A stretch of DNA of 63,063 bases, the filler included, from Octopus bimaculoides (lineage: Eukaryota): NCBI RefSeq assembly GCF_001194135.2. It is 5 parts of 5 records of this genome, joined end to end, with 100 filler letters (N's around TTAATTAATTAA, not from the genome) between each part and the next. Parts side by side here need not be neighbours in the genome. Positions count along the whole stretch, not along the records: positions 1 to 29,559 come from NC_068981.1; positions 29,660 to 40,786 come from NC_068986.1; 3 more parts are not named here. One strand, 5' to 3'. The notes beneath the pieces were generated by a model. It saw only the letters and a list, made by a program, of their open reading frames with translations, did no database searches and was not told the DNA's origin. The position numbers and the translations under genes were made by a program. Positions 24,329 to 36,759 of this stretch are shown in pieces (the stretch's first letter is position 1; the number at the start of each line of letters is the position of its first letter).

Positions 24329-25676
24329 GTAAGAATTGTGTTATCTTCAGTTTATAGTTCTTGGATTGGAAGAAGTATTTGGCAGCGAATTGATTTACTC
24401 AAATCAACAAGGAAGTCTTCATGCGATCACTCAGTCTCTTTTGTATCGCTTCCAACCATCCTAAAAAGCGTTGGCTAAGCAGTCCTCAATAAAGTATGCC
24501 TGAAAAATAGGGGAACATTTTTTGGGATGCTTACAGCTGGAATACCTTTTAACGTTTGAGTTGATTGATCAAGGTTCATGTGAGGTTAAACAACAATTCC
24601 TTCATCTTTTACAGGTGTAAACTAAAAAAGCACACCTGAATTTTCAGAATAATTAAACATTGAATATGTTAACAAATCTCATAGTGGCATTTTTCATATC
24701 CTATATTTGAAAGAAAATTTATTGTCAAAATAAACTTAGAAAATCAATCATTAAATAAATATTTTTTTATTTATCCAACCCAAGTATGATGTGTATGTGT
24801 ATGCATACATACACACACATACATGTATGGGTTTGTGTGTACCCAGGTATTCTTGTCTAGACATCATGTGATGGTTGTAAATGAGCATCATTGTCAAATA
24901 AGTGATGCCATTCATTTCTTGTCTTCTGATAACTTAGTCAGTAGACACAGGCATGGCTATATGGTAAGGAGTTTGCTTCCCAACCACATGCTTTTAGGGG
25001 TCAATCCCACAATATAGCACCTTGGGCAAGTATCTTCTACTATAGCTCGGGTCTGACCAAAGCCTTGGGAGTGGATTTGGTAGACAAAGAATGAAAGAAG
25101 CCGGTCTTGTGTGCGTATGTGTGTTACCATCTCCGTGCACCTTATCAACATGTTATAGTTGTGAATGTCACCATCATGCAAGTAGTGTCCTTAGTTTCTA
25201 ATCTTCCAAGACTTGAATAGTCATGGGAAATTATTACCTTGTTTGGAAACAGGTGAGGATTGGCAATAAGAAATGCATCCAGTTATAAAAATCTGCCTCT
25301 AACCCATACAAGCATGGAAAAGTGAACGTTAAAATGATGATAAGCCCAGTTTCCACATCTGCTTTGTGTGGCTACCATTAGTAAAAAGTAACTGTAAATA
25401 ACCTAAAACTGTAGCATTATTTCTACATGCTTCAGTGGCTTGGTGGATAAGAACATTATTACCATTAATTTAGAAATAAAGGTTCTTTGTTCATATCTAG
25501 TCTGGTACTATTGATACATTGAGCAATAAGACGTCTCTTGACAATTGAAATGTAAGGTAAGGTAGGTGCAAATATCTTACATCTATAAAGATAAGGTAAA
25601 TTGTACTTGCCTGAATAATTATATTCCTATCAATAACAATTCATGTCAGAGATTATATGGGCTTTTTCTTTTGTAG

Positions 25677-25856
25677 GTTTCTCAGAAATAGGTAAAATAT
25701 TGCTACAGAAGTTCAAATGGGGGCTAAATTTCTTCACCTTGAATGAAGAACTACTTGATCTCTATGCAGCCTGTAAAAACAGCACTGATGTGGTTGAACT
25801 GCAGAATTCTTATTTAGAGAAACTTGAACTTGAAAAGAAACAGCGGAATGATACAG
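25677..25856 (+). CDS. TSR3: TSR3 coding exon 4 (180 nt, phase 1-1)
   Basis: ttgtag| acceptor, |gtaaat donor; encodes FSEIGKILLQKFKWGLNFFTLNEELLDLYAAC, the conserved FKWG motif. Confidence 0.97.
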
Positions 25857-25912
25857 GTAAATCAGCTCTATTTTACTTTTACATTATTTCTTTTCACACT
25901 TTTCTGTTTTTA

Positions 25913-26257
25913 TCTTTTACTTGTTTCAGTCCTTAGACTGTGGCCATGCTGGGGCACTGCCTTGAAGAACTTAAGTTGAGAAATGACCCCATGGTTTTTT
26001 TTTTTTAATGCTTGGTCATTATTCAATCAGTCTCTTTTACCAAACCCCTAAGTGATGAGGATGGGACAAATGCATACTTATAACACACCCATACACACAT
26101 ATACAACAGTCTTCTTTCAGTTTCCATCTATCAAATCCACTCACAAAGCTTTGGTCAGCTTGAGGCTATAGAAGACCTTTGCCCAAGGTGCCACACAATG
26201 GGACTGAACCCAGAATCATGTGATTGAGAAGCAAACTTCTTACTACACAGCCATGCC
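25913..26257 (-). mobile_element. SINE family A (diverged) in TSR3 intron 4
   Basis: Reverse-complement similarity to 6034-6470 from tail to head. Confidence 0.85.
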
Positions 26258-26424
26258 TAAAATATTATCTGAAAATATATTCAATATATTTTCCTAGCTT
26301 CTCACAAAGGCAAGTGGTTCAGTGGTTAGAGTATACCACTCACAATTACAAGATTGTGGTTTTGATTCCCGGACTAGGTGGAGTGTTGTATTCTTGTGCA
26401 AAATACTTCATCCCACGTTACTCT

Positions 26425-26658
26425 TATTTCTTTATTGCCCACAAGGGGCTACACATAGAAGGGACAAACAAGGACAGACAAACAGATTAAGTCGGTTATA
26501 TCGACCCCAGTGCATAACTGGTACTTATTTAATCTACCCCGAAAGGATGAAAGGCAAAGTTGACCTTGGTAGAATTTGAACTCAGAATATAGCGGCAGAT
26601 GAAATACCACTAAGCATTTTGCCCGGCGTGTTAACATTTCTGCCAGCTCGCCACCTTT
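26425..26658 (-). mobile_element. SINE family B in TSR3 intron 4
   Basis: Reverse-complement match to family B head and core, different 3' tail. Confidence 0.8.
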
Positions 26659-26900
26659 TACTCTTGTCCACTCAACTGTAAATGAGTAACTCAGTGTCAG
26701 ACTGGCTTCCCATTCAGAAGAAATGTTTGTGATGCCAGTCACTTATGCACCATGGCAACCGTGTAACCAGCCTTATGAATCCTGGAACTCAAAGACAGTA
26801 ATGTTCCCAGGACTTACTTTACTTTTCCTTTTCTTGCTCCTCTGCTTTGAAAATCAAAGCCATTAATATAAAATAGTTTTACATGAAATAGTTTTACATA

Positions 26901-27290
26901 GGCGCAGGAGTGGCTGTGTGGTAAGTAGCTTGTTTACCAACCACATGGTTCCAGGTTCATCTTGGGCAAGTGTCTTCTACTATAGCCTCAGGACGACCAA
27001 AGCCTTGTGAGTGGATTTGGTAGATGGAGACTGAAAGAAGCCCATCGTATATATGTATACATATATGTGTGTGTGTATATTTGTGTGTCTGTGTTTGTCC
27101 CCCTGGCATTGCTTGACAACCGATGCTGGTGTGTTTATGTCCCCATCATTTAGCAGTTCGGCAAAACAGACTGATAAAGTAAGTACTAGGCTTACAAAGA
27201 ATAAGTCCCGGGGTCGATTTGCTCGACTAAAGGCAGTGCTCCAGCATGGCTACAGTCAAATGACTGTAACAAGTAAAAGAGTAAAAAGAG
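26901..27290 (+). mobile_element. SINE family A in TSR3 intron 4
   Basis: GGCGCAGGAGTGGCTGTGTGG head through GTAAAAGAG tail; ends ~40 nt before the exon 5 acceptor. Confidence 0.9.
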
Positions 27291-27332
27291 TATGCATTTA
27301 CACCCTTATTTTCCTTTTCCATTCTTTTCTAG

Positions 27333-27396
27333 ACATGTTTGATACTTCCTTGGAATACTATAACCCTAACCGAATGGACAGGCAAGAAGATATAAG
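27333..27396 (+). CDS. TSR3: TSR3 coding exon 5
   Basis: ttctag| acceptor, |gtaaat donor; DMFDTSLEYYNPNRMDRQEDI-S, phases match exons 4 and 6. Confidence 0.88.
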
Positions 27397-27982
27397 GTAA
27401 ATAGTTAACTGTTGATCTCACTTCTACATCACTATAGATTTTTCTCTTTTTATCAATGGAAAAGTGGAACGAGTGCTTCTTCTCAGCAACAAGAGTTCTT
27501 TTGCTAGCAACAGTTTGAACATCAGTGTGAGTGAGATTACCCCATGTATTGGCTCAAGGCTAGAAGCTCCCAGGGATCTAACCCATAGTTGAGGCCTTTT
27601 ACAGATGCTTTTAAACGCACCTCAAACCACTTTTTCTATCTCTATTAGTGCACATTCTCTGACAGAGTTCACTGTAGAAGAGCTGTTTTGGGTGGGTGAG
27701 ATTTGCGAGAGATTTGGCTGTTATTTCTAGCTGGTTGAGCATTCTGTGTGGAGGCTGTCTATCAGATTGTCCACATCTCAGTAGTTAAGAGTAATAAATT
27801 TATCTTAGTTGCTAAAGTGATTGCTTCAATGAAGCCCATCCTCTTTGTTCTAATACAGGTATAAAACAAAAGCAAAAGAAAAACAAATAGACATTACACA
27901 CACATTCACACACGCGTGCACACACATTTTGTTACATTAAAAAACATCTTAACTTTAGTAATGTTTACTTTATTTATTGCAG

Positions 27983-28241
27983 TGTATCAGAATCTGATGA
28001 TGATGATGATGATGATGAAGTCAGTGAGGATGAAGACAATGATGGTAGTGATGATAATGATGATGATGATGATGTTGCTGCTGATCATAATGATGGGGAC
28101 AAAAAGACAGAGGAGGATGGAGACATTCTGACGGATTGTGCTGGAAGAAATCAGAATATGAAGTGTAATCGCGTAACAGAAAGAAACAAAGATACAAAAC
28201 TAGAAACAGAATTTAAAAAGTGCTCTCTGAATCCATCTTAG
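27983..28241 (+). CDS. TSR3: TSR3 terminal coding exon 6 (acidic tail, TAG 28239-28241)
   Basis: ttgcag| acceptor, phase 2; poly-Asp from a (GAT)n tract; 259 nt closes the frame exactly. Confidence 0.85.
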
Positions 28242-28312
28242 GACTGATGTTTAATCCAGATATTCTATGTAATTTGAAAATATATTTATATAATTAAATC
28301 AATTTTGTAAGA

Positions 28313-28318
28313 AATAAA
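28313..28318 (+). terminator. Candidate TSR3 polyadenylation signal AATAAA
   Basis: AATAAA ~70 nt after the stop codon in an AT-rich 3' UTR. Confidence 0.5.
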
Positions 28319-28444
28319 ATGTTAAAATGATGGCAGACATTATAAGAATCGTTTTGAGACAGGATTTGAACTTCGTTTCTAACATTTGCCAACTGGTTGT
28401 GTTACCATTTATGCTCCAGAACACCTGCTAGTCCTTCATCTAAA

Positions 28445-29140
28445 CTGGTTAAGTTGGTGCAATGGGTAAATTGTTGCCATTTTATAATTTTAATTTCAGA
28501 CATGCACATTGTTTTTGATTTTGTCAACTACACAGTATAGTAGAGTCAGTTGGGCACCGTCTGTGAGTAAAACAACACCATGACGCAATTCACTCTGCCA
28601 GAAATTTGGAAACAACATGCTGTATTGCTTGGCATTTGCGCTGGAAGTGCCAATACAAACATTTCAGAATGTTTGGGTGTCAATCTTAGGACATGTACTG
28701 AGAGTGATAAAAATCAAACATCCAGTCAACATTATGGTGTTTGGAAGAATCACTAGTGATAGCAACGTTATACCTCCATTCATCTTCCCACATGGCCTCA
28801 GACTCAACATGGAGGCCTACATCAAGTGACAATTTCTGCGACCACACCACCCCTAACATCTGGCCACCTAACTCCCCAGGCTGCAACCCCCTTGATTGTT
28901 ATGTGTTTATGTGATTATTATGTAGTTGAGCAAGAGACCAGCTAAACTCCTTGTAACACTAAAAATGAACTGAAGGTAAGGATTATGGCTGCATTCACCA
29001 ACTTAAACAAGGAGACCATCCAGAAGAGTCGCAGGAGATTCCAAAGTCGTCTGTAGGTCACGTTTGAAGCCAATGGCAATTTTATTGAATAAATTTATTC
29101 TCTAGTATTTCAAGATAATTTTATGTAATTTTGGTAAATA
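28445..29140 (+). pseudogene. maT/mariner (DD37D-type) transposon, internally deleted
   Basis: ATG 28581 MTQFTLPEIWKQHAV; KHPVNIMVFG..SDSNVIPPFIFPHGLRL; WPPNSPGCNPLD; ..EANGNFIE* at 29090-29092. Confidence 0.85.
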
Positions 29141-29143
29141 TAT

Positions 29144-29559
29144 GTGGCAAGAATGGATGAGGATAGCTATGTGAAAAAGTGCCACACCCTAGCAGTTGAG
29201 GGAACCTGTGAGAGAGGTAGACCCAGAAAGAACTGGGATGAGGTGGTGAAGCACGACCTTCGAACATTAGGCTTCACCGAGCCAATGACTTCTGACCGAG
29301 ACCTTTGGAAATATGCTGTGCGTGAGAAGACCCAGCAAGCCAAGTGAGACCATAATCCAAGGCCTCTGCCAGGGGTGTAGCTGGCCCACATATGCGTACC
29401 TTTCCTTCTTTGGACACTAAACTCCGCTTGTGAAGACCTGTTGAGGCAAGTGAAATCGAAATCGAACTAAATTCGACGACTGGCACCCATGCCAACGTTT
29501 CCTTGATTGGACACTAAACTCGGCTTGCGAAGACCTGTTGGGGCAAGTGAAAGTGAAAT
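29144..29559 (+). mobile_element. RTE LINE 3' end with duplicated 3' UTR unit
   Basis: RMDEDSYVKKCHTLAVEGTCERGRPRKNWDEVVKHDL...SDRDLW; ttggacactaaact...ggcaagtgaaa repeated twice. Confidence 0.85.
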
Positions 29560-29659
29560 NNNNNNNNNNNNNNNNNNNNNNNNNNNNNNNNNNNNNNNNN
29601 NNNTTAATTAATTAANNNNNNNNNNNNNNNNNNNNNNNNNNNNNNNNNNNNNNNNNNNN
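29560..29659. other. Artificial scaffold join: 44 N + TTAATTAATTAA + 44 N (also 40787-40886, 51278-51377, 60602 region)
   Basis: Identical 12-mer with stops in all six frames at 29604, 40831, 51322 and 60646, each embedded in N runs. Confidence 0.95.
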
Positions 29660-29977
29660 GTCACTTACTCTAACGACCTCGATTACCTTATCCACCCATT
29701 TCTCCGCTAGAAGTATTCCTACGCCCCCGACCCCGTCAGTGTTCCCTGCCCAGAAAATCTTGTACCTGTGTTCTTTGCCTGTGAGGAACCTTGCAGAACC
29801 TCCTCTCCATCTTACTTCCTGGATGCAGCACATATCTACGCATCTCCGTTCAAGCATCTCAACAATTTCACCAGATCTACCTTTCAGCGTGCCGACGTTG
29901 AGAGTGCCAATCCTAACAGTATGGGTGTTGGGGGTGTGGGCCTGTAGCCTGGGAAGGGGAAAAGCAGTGTCGTGTAC
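29660..29977 (-). mobile_element. RTE LINE 5' part: AP-endonuclease N-terminus, frame open up to the gap
   Basis: VRIGTLNVGTLKGRSGEIVEMLERRCVDMCCIQEVRWRG...GVGGVGILLAEKWVDKVIEVVRVSD. Confidence 0.9.
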
Positions 29978-30404
29978 CTGAAAAGAAATATATCAATACA
30001 TATGTTAGCAATTGTTTTATTTATGCTTTCTTAACTATTTCTAACACTTTATTTCAGTAGAGTTCCTTTCCTAACTATTTTATAATAATTTGATCACTTC
30101 AGAAGTATCCCACCTCCTTGTAAATGTCAGTTGCCAGTTATACTCATTAATGTTGTTGCTGTTGTTGTTTAAAAACAGATGGGGTGATAGACATGATGGT
30201 TGGGCATGGAACCAGTAGATTGTAGGATTTGGTTTACACTCTTTGTCCAATTCCTGCTGTGACTGACTTTAACTTTCATCCTTCTGGGGCTCAGTAAAAT
30301 AGTTCTATGGGTTAATGTGCCATTCCCTCAAAAGGTGTGACTTTGTGTCAAGCTTAGAAGTCATTAAATCATAATAAAGAAATCACTGTTGTTGTTTGTT
30401 GTAG

Positions 30405-30490
30405 ATTCTGAACCGCCTATCCTGGAACCAGAGACAGATGCTGCTCCTGCTGTGAAACGTCACCGAAGGGAGTCTGGTAGTTCCAGTTGA
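30405..30490 (+). CDS. Terminal coding exon, probably the BCL7 last exon (DSEPPILEPETDAAPAVKRHRRESGSSS*)
   Basis: ttgtttgttgtag| acceptor, open phase-1 frame to TGA, AATAAA at 30495-30500; EPP-x-L...AP-x-x-KR resembles BCL7 C-termini; opposite strand to exon 1. Confidence 0.55.
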
Positions 30491-30875
30491 GTGAAATAAA
30501 CTGGTGAAAAACACTCAACACTGCTACTGTGTGTGTACATGTTTATGTGTGTATGTATGTGTGTGTGAGTGTATGTGCGTATGTCTGTCTGTCTGTCTCT
30601 GTCAATCTGTGTCCATTAGTGTTCTTTCTATATTAAACTGTCACAGCTGCTGCTGTCATATCCATTAGTGAAGTCCTTCCCCTACTAATCTTTTCATATT
30701 TCACTTCATAGGTCACTCCTTTCCCAACAACATAATGAAAATGCTTTCTTCTTCAGTGAGCACCATAACAATTGGTTAACACTTGGTGAAGTGAGTCTGT
30801 GATACAGGTTCAATCCATGGTTGGAACTGTTTCACTTTACTCCATCCTTCAATATATAAATATATATACATCACA

Positions 30876-31125
30876 TGTTCCCAGGTCAGTGTGTACACCA
30901 TGTGATCCCAGGGTGGAGTATACACCATATGATCCCAGTTCAGAGTGACCCACCTCATGATCCCAAGTTACTGTGTACACCTCATGAACCCAAGTCAGTG
31001 TGTATACCATGTTTCAGGTTGATGTGTATACTGTATGATCCTAAGTCTGGCTAGTGTGTATACTACATGATTCCAGGTTGGTGTACACAGAATATTCATG
31101 ATTTGAGGTCAGTGTGCAGCACGAT
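30876..31125. repeat. ~25-bp degenerate minisatellite (CATGATCCCAGGTCAGTGTGTACAC-like)
   Basis: About ten diverged tandem units. Confidence 0.8.
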
Positions 31126-32053
31126 TCCATGTTAAAAATAGTTCTTACAGTTAGGTGTACCTCCCTGTGGTGTTTACTTACATTAAATTTAATCATTGAC
31201 TGTCATATAAGGTATGGACAACCATCTTCCTTAGATAGTCTCCATTACTCTATACACCCAGTCATCCATATTTGGATACAGTACACTTCTACCTCTGTTC
31301 ACTTCACTTTATAGAATAAGTACCAAATCACCCACTGGTGCTCTGTCCATGAAGAAAATTTAGGTCACATCTACTTAACATCATGAAACCAGAATTACAG
31401 TCCAAGAGGAGATCCACTGTTACTTCATTCAATCTAATCTGTAAACTGTCTAGGATTACATGTTCTTTGGGTCACTCCTAGATATTTCATTTGCTACCAA
31501 CTCTACCAAAAGTTTGACCAAGGTTTACTTGCAAATCAACCTTACTCTCTCTCAATTTTATCACCTACACCCCCACCTCTACTCTCATTTCTATTTTCAT
31601 CTTTATTCCCCCTCTACTTCACTCATTCACTTTGACTCGCCTTCAGAATGTATTTTATATAACCTTTACTCAGGGATCATTACATGTTAAGCCCTAGCCT
31701 CACCTGCCACTTGAACCCTGTTCCTATCATTTCATTGTCTTTGTATTTGCCCTGTGCAACATCAGAATTACCCCCACTCTACCACCTCTACTTTATTAAT
31801 GTCCCCAGTTATTAACTCAGCTCTCATCTCACTCATTCACATTATTATTATTATTAGCCGTTACCTATTGTCAACTGTATGTGTTTGTGTGTGTATCATG
31901 CAGGAGTTCTCTCTGTAACACATATGACACTCCTGAGCTTTTTCTTCATTTAAGGGTCACTGAGATCTTGTAAAGAAGCTAAGACCCATCTCTCCCCACT
32001 TCTAAGGTGTGTATCCAAGTGGTTATTAGTATTATTATTATTATTGCAACTAA

Positions 32054-32670
32054 GGCTGTGAGCTGGCAGAATTGTTAGTGCACCGGACAAAATGCTTACT
32101 AGCATTTCTTTCGGATTTTTACGTTCTGAGTTCAAATCTTGCCATGGTCAAGTTTGCCTTTTATCCTTTCAGGGTTGATAAATAAAGTACCAATCAAGTA
32201 CTGGGGTCGATGTAATTGTCTTACTCCCTCTCCTAAAATTGCTAGCCCTGTGCCAAAATTTGAAGCCATTATTATTATTACTAAAAATGATGGATGGCAG
32301 AATTGGTAGAACTGGACAAATGCCTTAGTATATTTAGTTATGAGGTGAAATTTGCTTTTCATCCTTCCAAGGTCGATAAAATAAGTACCAGTTGAATACT
32401 GGGGTTGATATAATCAACCATATCTCTCCTCTCCCCACCAAATATGTGGCCTTGTGCCGAAGTTAGAAATTGGGCAGTAGATGGCAGAATCCATAGAGTA
32501 CTGGATAGCATTTAATTACTTTTCTTTACTTTCTGAGTTCAAATCCTACTCAGGTCAATGAAATGAAATACTGATCAAATACTGGGGGGATTGATAGAAT
32601 TGACTATATCCCCTCCATCAAAGTTTGTGGCCTTGTGCTAATGTTAGAAATCATCATTATTATTATTATT
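32054..32670 (+). mobile_element. Three head-to-tail SINE family B copies
   Basis: TGGCAGAAT head and GGCCTTGTGC...(ATT)n tail recur at ~32054-32285, ~32291-32470 and ~32480-32670. Confidence 0.8.
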
Positions 32671-33463
32671 AACCCTGCTTTGTAATCTTTTTGCTGTTCC
32701 TTTTCCCTCACCAGTGACAGCAACATCAACATCAGTAGTATTTTTTTTTTCTGGCTGTGTGAAGTTCATTTTTATGTACATCAACAACAATAACAAAGAC
32801 TTCTGGTTTTGTCAAAATAAAATAAACTTTAGTGAATCACCTTCTCAACTGTTTCTTTTGCTTTTTGTTTACTTTTTGTCTATCTCTAAATTTCTACCAG
32901 CCAATCATCGGTTTTTGCTCCTTTGTGTCCATGGCTATTGGACTCCCTGATGATGATGATGAAACTTCCAAAGATTAACATTTTTCCTATCATAGTTTGT
33001 GTCGTTCTTAGGTGTGCATAGCTTTATATATTGTAATATAAAAGAGCAGTGCTCCTATCATTTTGCTGATCTTTGTAGAATGGTGAGGTCAGTATGTTTG
33101 AGTTGAATTTATCTAGATTGATGTATGTAGAGAAAGTTTAGATCAGAGGGAGTTCCAGAGGGTTACAGTTATAGCAGGGAAGGATTGGTGAAAGAATTTC
33201 TCATACATGGTGAGAGGAGGAGGAGGAGAGATTAGTGCATCAGGTTGGTTTTGTAACACAGGTAACACAGTTTGATGGTTTAGAGATACAGGAAACATAA
33301 TAATTTTAGAAAAGAGATGGGTACACAGCATGCCTGTGTTCTAATGTCCATAAGTTGTTTATTTCCAATACAGTCATGATTGAAAAAAACTAATGATTAT
33401 GACCATCCTGTCTTTTTGTATATTAGAGACTGCATTGTCCAGTGTGTCTTTTTTTCTCTTTAA

Positions 33464-33679
33464 CCCTTTCGATACCAACCCGGCTGAAACCGGCTCTGTA
33501 GTATAAATGTCTTGTTTTTGTAAGTTTTGAATTAAAATCTTCCACCATACCTTAGTCACAATTTATGTTCCTAACACCAGCTAAATGATAACCAAGTTAT
33601 TTTACTAAATTCTTTATTATATTTAAAATTAATTGAAAGAAACACAGAACATCTCAAAATAAATGTGGTAACAAAAGGG
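33464..33679. mobile_element. piggyBac-like MITE
   Basis: TTAA TSDs (33460-33463, 33680-33683), CCCTTT...AAAGGG termini. Confidence 0.75.
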
Positions 33680-34438
33680 TTAAGCTGATATGGAGGAAAT
33701 TTGGCTGTTATTTCTAGATGTACAAGCTTCCTGAAGGTTGTTACATGTTGATTAAAGAGAATGTTTGCTACTCAATGCAATGCTTATTGATAATGAAATC
33801 TAAAATGTACATATGCACTTCCCAGATATGTGAGAAGTACAGCAACCAGGCACAGTAATTCTAACAATACATTAGACAGCTTATATCTTACAGCTGTTGG
33901 CCCTATTAACCACCAACATAGAAGTAATGAAGAGGGCTTAACATGGAACAGTGGGAGGAGGAAAACATCTTGTATAATGATGGCAATTTCTGATTTGATG
34001 GAAACAAGAAGCAAAACTACAACAAAGACGAGCACCTTGATATCCTTACAACAGCGTTTTTATTTTTATTTATTTATTTTCTAGGCAGACGTTAAGTGCT
34101 ACTGAGGTTGGTAGGGTAGATAAAAGGTCTCCTCAGCTAGAGCCCTGGCCTGAATACTTGCAACAGTGGACTCCACTAAAGATACCCACAGTGTCAGGTG
34201 GTAGTTTAAGTCTCTGACACAAGTAAGCAATAATAGGATTTGATATTAAAACAAACAGCCAGAGTTCAATGTTCTTACAGTTCTACTAATCCGTTGTTTC
34301 TGAATTAGAACTATGAGTCTGAAATGATGAAAGGCAAAGTTGAGTTCAGAATGTGCCAAGTTGGAACAAATATCACCAGGCATTCTGGCTAATGCTCTAA
34401 TGACAATTCTTTGTCTTGGTTTCTGTAGGAAAAATAAA

Positions 34439-34475
<37 letters not shown>

Positions 34476-35723
34476 GCATATATGTATATGCATATATGTA
34501 TATGCATATATGTATATGTATATATGTGTATATGTATATGTGTATGTGTATATGTATATGTGTGTATATAAAAATGTGTATATGTATATATATGTATATA
34601 TGTATATGAATATATATATATGTATATATATATANNNNNNNNNNNNNNNNNNNNNNNNNNNNNNNNNNNNNNNNNNNNNNNNNNNNNNNNNNNNNNNNNN
34701 NNNNNNNNNNNNNNNNNNNNNNNNNNNNNNNNNNTATATATATATATATATATACACACGCACACACCTGTATATATATAACCACACACACACAAATCAT
34801 ACAATAACATAATACACACACACGCGGGCAAATAATATAATGATATATAATATTTAAAGAAGAAAGTGAGTGCATTGTTACAATTGCCAAAATGGATTAA
34901 CAGATCCCCTAAAAATAATTTAGGAATTTCAAGGGATCTGTAACTTCAGAAACTTCAATTGAAAAGAAGAAAAAAAAAAAACACGATAAAATTTAAAATA
35001 TAACATGGAACTCTCATGACTGTACATCAAACAATTATTCTTATATATTCGTTGTTTCATTATTTAATTTTTTAAATTTTTCGTGAAGCACTTTCCAAAC
35101 TGAAAGTTTGAAGAAGGTAACATGCAACATTCTCAGATTAAAAAATAATAATATAACGTAAATATATATACTCAATATAATATACTGAGTTCTTTTTCTC
35201 TCGGTTTTAAAACCAATCATACATATACGTACATACATACATACATAATTTTTTTTTCTTATTCCTTAGGCCACCACCAATTAAGACCTATGATCAAAGG
35301 CGTTCCAGTTGTGACCATTCTATCCTATTTCTGTTTAGATATGCTTAGAATTTCATTACCTAATGGTTTATTTCCTCTTTATGACGGCACCGAGGGAGAA
35401 ATGGCTGCTATCTCAAACAGGTCGAACACCCCATAAAGCCTCGTTCGTTTGGTGTCGTTACTCAGTCCCAGATTAACCATAATCGAGCAAAACACCAACG
35501 ATCAGAGATATTCCAACCGTGAACATCCCATTTATTTTATTAAGATATTTATTTTGTGTGAATCTATGACACTTAAATGTTACATGGCTTTCTTCGCTTT
35601 TCAGAACGATCGGTTCTGATATAAAAGAGATTTGATTGCTAATTCTAGCAAGTCGAGAAACCACGTAAAGGATGATCTTAAAGTGAAACATCACAAACAT
35701 ACAATATATATACACACACACAT

Positions 35724-35755
<32 letters not shown>

Positions 35756-36589
35756 TGCGTTTTGTTTGCTGGCCATTTTGAAGTCAGAGCCAAGCTGTCG
35801 AAATAAAAGTGCACAGTTTCTACACGTGGAATAAGTGATTATCACAACAAAACAAGCCCGCTTACCTACCTAGGTAGGTAGAATGGGATGTGGTAACAAT
35901 GTTTATATATAGAGAGTTGGGTGGAGGTACTTTTATTTTGTATATAGTGAAATATGTTGTGTGTATGTGTGTCGGTGAGAAATAGTAATGAGAGAGTAGG
36001 AGGGGTAGCTTATAGCTATTCATATAGAGAGAGGGGTTAGACAGAGAGAGAGAGTAGGAGTATCAGAGAAAAGGTATTAGAGGGAGTGAGAGGAGAGAGA
36101 TAGAGAGATAAGAGTAGGACTGCATGTGACAGAAAGAAAGTGATGAAAGATACATATATGTTTGTGTGTGTGTGTATTTTTTTGCATATATGTATATATA
36201 TGAATGAAAAAAAATAGATATAGAGACAAAAAAAGTAACACTCTTATTATACAAGGATATATGTGTATGTGTGGAGAGAGAGAAAGGAGATAAAGAGATC
36301 TCTGTAAAAGAGGAATTGTTAGATATGTTAGCGCCTACATTACTGTAGAATTTTCACACGGAAGGCGTCCCTGAGTATTTTTTCCTCAGTCATTCTTACA
36401 GAAAGACTGGCAGAGACACACAATGTGTAGAAAGAAGATGGAAAGAAGGAAAAGGGGAAAGATAAACAAAGAAAAAGAGAAAATTATAAATAGAGCAGAA
36501 AGGGAGAGAGAGAAGTAATAGCAAGAGGGAAGTGAAAGATAGAAAATATATACACACACACACATATATATATAAGGTGTACGAGGGAT

Positions 36590-36628
<39 letters not shown>

Positions 36629-36759
36629 GAGTGAAAGGGAGAGTGGATCATTGGATAATGGTGGAAGCACTGGGGGAGGAGGGGAAATACAAACATAAAT
36701 AAAAGATGAAGTACATGGAAAAAAAAAACCCTCGATTGCAATACAAAAGTAAAACTTAC

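Noticed and set aside
32054-32670. Regularly spaced similar blocks (also the 21-bp and 25-bp arrays) as a possible CRISPR-like array
   Set aside because: Eukaryotic context, no unique spacers between identical repeats, no cas genes.
33784-34084. Overlapping 83-84-aa ORFs on both strands, one hydrophobic
   Set aside because: No splice context or homology; within chance expectation for AT-rich DNA.
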